From the NCBI GenBank assembly GCA_043228905.1, contig JBHGNT010000856.1:1-14573 (forward strand): 14,573 nt of DNA, read 5' to 3'. How positions within the stretch are numbered: position 1 is the first letter of the stretch; each line of letters opens with the position of its first letter. Origin of the DNA: Azolla caroliniana. Its lineage: Eukaryota; Plantae; Polypodiophyta. Both the position numbers and the translations under genes were made by a program. Shown piece by piece: positions 8,001 to 14,573 of the stretch. The notes below the pieces were generated by a model, which was not told the origin of the DNA, did not search any database, and saw only the letters and a program-made list of their open reading frames with translations.

Positions 8001-11000
8001 TAATATCTTTGATCTCTCATTTGTTACAACACTAATTAGTCTTAATCTTATATGTTCATGTGCCATGCTTAGCTCTTGTGGAGCATCCCTTTGTCCCTCA
8101 ATCAAGTGTATTGTTGTTTCCTCTCTTTTATTTTCTTGTTTCTTGTGTTAAGTAACTTTACTCCTATATTTAAGTGCTTACACCTATTAGGTGAAGTATT
8201 GACCTCTTGAGTGTGTGATTGGATATTAAATTTAGAGTTTGCTTGAGTTTTGATTGGTCTTCACTAGAAAGATTGGGAGTAGATTGACACCCAATCGTAC
8301 TCGTCCCGCTAGCAATAGAGTAGTCATTATGTTAACCTTGTAAATCTTAGTTTTAGGATAGTTAGGTAGAGCTAGCTAGAACAACCTGTGATTAAGTCCT
8401 AAACTTCCCACACAAACTGTCACTTCACCAAAGCAGTTGCATCTATATATGCTCACTTGGGAGCACATCACCTAGGTTTCACATGTATCAAGCCACTTTG
8501 GTCAACATTTTACTAATAAGATCTCCGTCTATGTTTTCTACATTGTTTACTTTGTGTCAAGTATCTTCCTATGCAGCTTCTTCGTTTCCTACATAATATA
8601 ACAAGTCCACTAACCAATTTTTAAAATGGGGTTCTTGAATTAATAGATCTATCTTAGACACAACTAGCTATTGTATGAAGTGGCAAACGGGAGTAGCATT
8701 AAGGGATAATCTAGAAATATATCAAGGTAAATGTATTTAGCACTATAAAATGTCCAAACTTGGTCAAGCCACAAGTTTGGTCCTTGATCAATGACCTAGT
8801 TCAGCAAGGATGAAGTTATTCATATGTCAACTCAAAAATATATTCTTAATAAAATACAAAAGTTGCCCATTTTCATTTACATACTCTTGGCCGATTGGAT
8901 TTGTTTAAGATATTAATAAGTTTTTTATAATAATTTTATCCAAAATTTTGGAGGAAAGTACACACGATTGTTTGAACATTGGATTTAAGCCTTGTGTTAT
9001 GGGTGTATAGCATTTTAATTCCTTAATAGAATGTTTCCTTGTACTCTTGTTCATGAACTAAAGGCCATAGTCCCCATGAAGTTTGTGGTGGCCACCTTAC
9101 ATCATTTCAACCATGAAACGAAATTAGAAGACTTTAAGGTTCACAACATTGCTCTTAGGACGAGATAAAAAAAGAAATTACCTATAAAATAGAATTATTT
9201 CAATCAAGAAGGAACAACATGTATGGTAAAAGTAGACGCTATTTGTAGAAGGAGATTCATTTGTAGCATATGACAATTGAAAAAAAACGAATGATTTGGT
9301 GATGGGTTTGTCCTTTTGAAGTGTTGTGGGGTTTGGTTCAAATCACTTTTTTACTTAAGGATTTCAATATAATGAAAAGGCTTTGAAACCAGCTAATTAA
9401 TTTAAATGAGGTCACAGAAGCAACGTCACAGTTGAGTCATAAACCAAATCTCACAATAGAAATTGACAAATAAGTTTGAATCATGGACCATGGTGGAAGC
9501 CACTTGGATAAGCATGTCCTACAAAGAGAATTTGAGGAAAGGAAATGTGAGATAAAAGTTGTTGTGGAAGCTACCAGGAAAAGCAGACGTTCCAAAACTG
9601 AACATGACCAAGATTGGGATTGTTGAGCTCACTACTTCTTTTGAAAGTGGCAAATTTGCAACATATTGCACACCTTAAACACAATGGACAAAATTTATTA
9701 AATCATTTGATACCAATCCGTGGACTCTCGTTTTTTTTATAGATTAAATTACTATAAAGGTTGGTTGCATTGAGTCCTTCATCATGCAAGAAGAGATGCG
9801 GCACAACATGCAAAGTTGCAATAAAAGAAGGTGTGGCGAGGTAAATATATAGATCATGATTATGGATGTTCGTTTGTTTGAAATATCTTTGTGTCTTTTT
9901 TTTCTTTTTTCTTTTTTCTTTTTTTCTGTTTTTAAAAAGATTAACCTTGGTATTAATGGAAAGATGCCCAAAGGCTAGAAAGAACTCATACATGAAAATA
10001 CAACCACCATGCATACATCAACCAACATGTCGAATAGCAAAAACCCTCAAGCAGCTACCTTAGAAACTGTATTTAGAAATCTAAAATCGGGATCCTTCCA
10101 TAATGTGGGGCGGAAAAAACTATCATTGTATCTTTAACAAGGAATGACTCTTTAGTTCATTTTAAAATACTCTAGTTTATCGTGAAGATTGGGGAATTTC
10201 TTCTATTTTTTTTGGGTAACAAGTATTGAACTACAAAGTTGGTTTGATAATCCCTAAGCTCCCAAGACTAACAAATACATTGTGCTAGTTAGCTACAACT
10301 TCGTTAAGGTTACAAAATAATTTAAGAAATGAGATGTCCACTTCGGGAGAAGTGGGTTGGTTTCTAGATTATGGTTGTTACTTACCTTGAAAAAGTTAGA
10401 TTGATTATAGGTGCAAAGATATTTTAAGGGTGCATTATTTGACAATGCATTTTCTAGAGTCCACTTCAGTGTAATTGGTGTAAGATTCTTTCGACAAAAA
10501 ACGATTAATTATCTAATTTGAGTTAATCAAGTATAATAACATTATTAATTCTGTTTTAACTCTATTCGTTTCAGCAATATCCTATGTATTATATATTTCC
10601 AACATTTTTGCCTTACACAATATTGGGTGAAAAATAAATGCGGGTAGTGAATCGGTACACATGATAGCAATTGATTCCGAAATTTGTCGAAGAGCTATGC
10701 AGATAAAAGAAAAATTATTTTGAGACTTCAAGTTCAATTGGGATGGGAAAAACTATGCAGATTATGAGAGAAACATACCAAACTGGGAATTGAAAGTCAA
10801 ACTTGACTAGCGCCACTAGAAGTTTGGCATACAACTTGTAAGAATGGGAGGGAAGGAAAGAAGTTGCATATCAAATTAGACTTATAAGGATCTCGGTCTC
10901 CTTCAGCATTGCGAGAAAAAGATAATTTCTCGCTAAGGATTTCATGTTACTTTCAACTTGCCATCAATGCCAAGAGAGGTTGCGAAGGAACTTCTTGATT

Positions 11001-12589
11001 CCATGCATTTCTTATCCTTGTATGTACACATGTAAACAAACATTTTATACTATTCATTTTTTATTAACAAACAAACTAGTTGTTACATTCGAATTTGATA
11101 AAGGGGATTCGGGACATTTAACATGCCCTCAATCCAATGCTTCCTTGTTTTTATTGATTTCCTCTTCAAGGAATCATGAGAATGCTAAATATTAAATATG
11201 CGTAAAAACCAAATTCAACCCACAAGATCTAACCTTTTGTCCCCCGAAGCATTTTTATTAAAAGCAGAACCGTGCATTATAGCACACCGATAGCATTACA
11301 AAAGGCATATCGAATCAAACAATACTTTAAAAATATATTAGCCTTCATTCCAACTCACGAGTTTCTCTCGAGAAAGTAGTTCCGGATAGAATGTTTTATC
11401 TATAAGAGTACCACCATTTCATAGTTGCAGCCTGCAGATTATGTTGTTAAACTTTTTTACATTTGCTCAATTATGGTGCTAGCTTATATTTTATGTTTCC
11501 TCATTACATTATATTTGTGACTGTTAACCAAAATAGAGTAAAATGAGTTGACATTTATGGCAATGTTCCAGACATGAAGGTCAAGTGTCTCATCTAAAAA
11601 TAAATTGTTAACAACATGGGTATATTTGAGAGGTAATTACAATTATGTTCCATGTTCGAATTTTCAAACTTCTAGCTAGTCTAATGGAACTGAGAATGAT
11701 CTATTGGTAATTTGGGGGACTTTATATCTCCCAAGTATATCTAGAACATTAACCATGTCTATACAAGGGATCAGTCATTGCCTCTTGTCACATGGATCCG
11801 TCATGTTAAACATAAAGTCTCTATAAATGATTGCGCGCCGATTTTGATTGTGTCATAGCAACGCAAGTGTTAAAAACATCTCCAAAAGTTGAGCATTTTA
11901 GGTTATCAAATTTCAAAATAGATTCAAAGTTTTGACCAATTCATCCAGCAAGATGCCATTAATGTGCCATGAATTAACTAGGTTATGATTCATGAACAGG
12001 GCACTTTCGGATACCATCCACCAAGAACCCAATTTCCAATAGCATAAGTACATTTAGAAGTCATTGGAATTTAACCCTTTGTAGTTCTTCACCATATGTC
12101 AACCTCATCTTGTCATTCTTGACATCACACTATAAACAATACCCCAAAAAAACTAGCAATATGAAAGAAGAGACAAAGAAATTCAAATAAATTATGGGTC
12201 CATCATTATGAGATCGCCATGTGCTTGTCAAAGGGGATCAATCAACACCCGTCCTTCTTGGATCAAGAGGCGATTACTCTCAACCATTGAATCAACCCAC
12301 ATTGTTTTATAACAATGCACCTATAAGCCAATAAGATTGTGTGGCTTATCACATACACATATCTTTCATCATAACTTAGCGGCTATAAGCAAACACGATC
12401 GCATTGCTTACAACATAAAGTCGATGATATCATCATAACTTAGCATATATAATCACGTCTTAAAGGATTTGGAAGTTTAATGGTTCGTTTTGTTGACAGT
12501 TTGAAAGTTGTTCTTCTCGTAACAATATCTTACCTATGGTGTTACGAAATGAATGATGTACATAATAGGGCAACGGACCCCATATGAAG

Positions 12590-12755
12590 AAGATGAATTG
12601 AGAGACTACATTCAACTACATTGAGAAGAAGATGAATGATTTTAGCTTACAACAAAAGAATGGTGTACATGAGGGGCGGGGGCAAAAGGAACCCCCCCAA
12701 CCCCACCATAAGATGAATTGAAAGACTACATTCAAGTAACTACATTGAGAGGAAG
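12590..12755. repeat. Dispersed direct repeat of ~42-46 bp (12590-12631 and 12710-12755)
   Basis: AAGATGAATTGA.AGACTACATTCAA(GTAA)CTACATTGAGA.GAAG occurs twice. CCATAAGATGAATT occurs at 12706-12719 and again at 12886-12899. Confidence 0.85.
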
Positions 12756-13357
12756 TGCCATTAATCCCCATAAAAATGGACATCCAACATTCATTCTCTG
12801 TTAATTCAAACCTAAGAAAGCAAACAAGGTCACATTGATCTCGATCGAGATGTAGAAGAAGAACATGATCGATGAATTTGTAGGGCCATAAGATGAATTT
12901 GCACCTCACCTTAAAGACAATCGAGAGATACATGATCGATAGGAGCACATGTGACCAGCAAACCATGTTATGATTCGAAAGGAAACTTCCGATCGGATCG
13001 GAAAAGAGTAGAGCGAAGCACATCACGATGATGATAGAATTGAAGCGAAATTAAAACCAAATGCCAAATGTTAGGGAGGATGGATATAGAAGAAATTCTA
13101 ATCAGACTACCAGATAATAATAATGTAATGATGATAAAAAAAAAAGAACTTAGCAAATTTTTTTTTTTTAAAAGTGATTGATAAGAGTGAATTTGCAATT
13201 GCCATAGCCAAAGGTGAAGGTGGAAGTCAAAAGGACATGGCCGAGGCCAAAGGGCATAGTAGGCAAAGTCAAGCAAGGTCAAGGTCAAGAGCCATGGGGG
13301 GGGTTAAAATAAAGGTCATGGCCATAGCTATGGCCAAAATGATGATTAGTGTTTCAA

Positions 13358-13441
13358 CTGTAAAAGAGAGACAGGCAAACAGACAAGAGAGGAAGAGAAG
13401 TAAGTTCAATGGAGAATTAGTGAAATGCAACTATTACTTAC
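13358..13441 (-). other. Predicted 84-nt spliceosomal intron in the AHL 3' UTR
   Basis: The minus strand reads GTAAGT...CACTAAT...CTTCTCTTCCTCTCTTGTCTGTTTGCCTGTCTCTCTTTTACAG: consensus donor, long pyrimidine tract and CAG acceptor. Confidence 0.6.
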
Positions 13442-13601
13442 ACCTACAATTTATATCAGAGTCTTTTCTGTAACCCTAAACCTTCTTCTGTTTTCACGGT
13501 TTCTCTGTCTCTCAGGCCCCCCAAACAAAACAAAAAAAAAAAACAAGTCAAACTGTCGTGTGAGGATTTGAAATTCCTATGTAAATCGATTTCCTCCTGC
13601 T

Positions 13602-13629
13602 GATTCCAGATTCCAGATTCCAGATTCCC
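13602..13629. repeat. (GATTCCA)4 heptamer repeat
   Basis: GATTCCAGATTCCAGATTCCAGATTCCC read directly. Confidence 0.9.
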
Positions 13630-13679
13630 CGGCGGCGGGGGCGGGGGCGGGGGCGGCGATTCCCGCGAGGGGGCGGTGG

Positions 13680-14573
13680 TCAGTAATTCCCGGGCGGTGG
13701 CCGCGCGTTACTACTGGCGTAGGCGTGGTGCTGGTGGTGCTGATGGTGCTGGTGGTGATGATCGGCGGCGGCGGAGGCGAACTGTGGCGCCGGGCTACAA
13801 TTGGCGAGGAGATTGGGCGGCACATTGTAGAGCGCGATGTTGGAGAGATCGGAGAGAGAGGCGGCCGTCGGAGGCGCCGCCGCCGCCACCGAAGAAGGAG
13901 GAGGAGGAGCCGCCGCCGCCGCCGCCTCAGGTGGTGGTGGAGGAGGAGGAGGAGGGGCTTGCTGCAGAGGGATGGGCTGATGATGGTCCTCATCGTCGAG
14001 GGGGAGGCGCTCGTAGGAGGCGTTGAGGAAGGAGGCGGCCATGACCAGGACAGGGCCGGAGGCGATCAATTGGCCGACGACGCTTCCCCCGACGACCTGG
14101 CCCTGGCCGCCGGCCAGGTAGATGGTCAGCCCCGTGGCCCCCGGCGGCGCCGGCGGCGGCAGGAAGGCGCCGGCCAGCGAGAGGATCTCGAAGCGTCCGT
14201 GCAGCGTCACGGTGGATCCCGGGGCGGCGGGCTGGCGGAGGGTGACGTTGAGGACGGTGCCGCTGCCGCTGAGGATGCAGACGCCGCGCTGGTGGTGGCG
14301 GGCGAAGGAGGAGACGGTGTCCACCACGTCGCAGCCGCCCGCCACCTCCAGCACGTGGGCGCGCAGGGCGTTGGCGCTGTCCCGGGTCACGATGATGGGC
14401 GGCTTCGGCTTGTTCTTCGACCCAGGCGGGCGCCCGCGGGGCCGCTTTCCCGGGTCCCCTCCGCCGCCGCCATCTCCGCCGCCGCCTCCGGAACCGGACG
14501 CCACCATGACGTGGTGGTCGTACAACGAGTGCTGCTCCGCCGACCCCCGGGAGCGCCGGTGCTGCGGATGATT
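13680..14573 (-). CDS. AHL: AT-hook motif nuclear-localized protein, clade A (type I AT-hook plus PPC/DUF296 domain); probably 5'-truncated by the window edge
   Basis: AT-hook [17 protein letters not shown]; PPC domain with [26 protein letters not shown] and YERLPL; no intron in the CDS. The frame stays open past the TTG at 14525 to the edge ([23 protein letters not shown]...). Stop TGA at 13682-13680. Confidence 0.96.
   Translation of the reverse strand, partial: NHPQHRRSRGSAEQHSLYDHHVMVASGSGGGGGDGGGGGDPGKRPRGRPPGSKNKPKPPIIVTRDSANALRAHVLEVAGGCDVVDTVSSFARHHQRGVCILSGSGTVLNVTLRQPAAPGSTVTLHGRFEILSLAGAFLPPPAPPGATGLTIYLAGGQGQVVGGSVVGQLIASGPVLVMAASFLNASYERLPLDDEDHHQPIPLQQAPPPPPPPPPEAAAAAAPPPPSSVAAAAPPTAASLSDLSNIALYNVPPNLLANCSPAPQFASAAADHHHQHHQHHQHHAYASSNARPPPGNY

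Noticed and set aside
5850-8660. LTR retrotransposon remnants (purine tract followed by TGTCAC at 5870, GTGACA at 6608 and 6673, LTR-like composition near 7750-8650)
   Set aside because: I found no paired LTRs, no target-site duplication and no recognisable gag or pol motif. It is plausible but needs a repeat-library search.
9706-9716. PBS-like TGGTATCAAA on the minus strand
   Set aside because: Short match with no adjacent LTR terminus.
10727-10810. Peptide FKFNWDGKNYADYERNIPNWELKVK, loosely resembling a Copia gag N-terminus
   Set aside because: Too short, spacing is wrong, and it is closed by a stop codon with no continuing similarity.
5172-13473. Remaining short intergenic ORFs (for example 9703-10014, 12616-13026, 13174-13473)
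   Set aside because: Many start at non-ATG codons or run through homopolymer tracts, and none shows a recognisable domain or consistent splice structure.
14523-14525. TTG as the AHL start codon
   Set aside because: The gene is eukaryotic and the frame stays open to the window edge. The real ATG is probably outside the window, although the in-frame ATG of MVASG cannot be excluded.
13577-14571. Overlapping ORFs 13577-13993 (-), 13676-14026 (+) and 14122-14571 (+)
   Set aside because: These are shadow frames of a very GC-rich, stop-poor CDS, with low-complexity products and no recognisable domain.

Overview
Eukaryotic land-plant nuclear DNA with two convergent genes about 8.6 kb apart. On the + strand is a five-exon glycosyltransferase family 8 gene of the PGSIP7/PGSIP8 type (1979-5096). 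All four introns are GT-AG and phase-consistent, giving 1548 nt, about 515 aa. On the - strand is a very GC-rich clade A AT-hook/PPC (AHL) gene with an intronless CDS (13680 to the window edge), probably truncated at its 5' end. The left end holds the 5' LTR and tRNA-Met primer-binding site of a minus-strand Copia-like retrotransposon. There are several local tandem arrays (2x~163 bp, 6x~63 bp, 5x28 bp). The middle (5.1-13.2 kb) is AT-rich intergenic DNA that I cannot resolve, probably including decayed transposon sequence. I found no convincing novel multi-gene system. The two most unusual signals are a microsatellite that appears to encode the glycosyltransferase's 21-residue hydrophobic N-terminal segment, and a consensus-quality 84-nt intron in the AHL 3' UTR, at a position expected to trigger nonsense-mediated decay.
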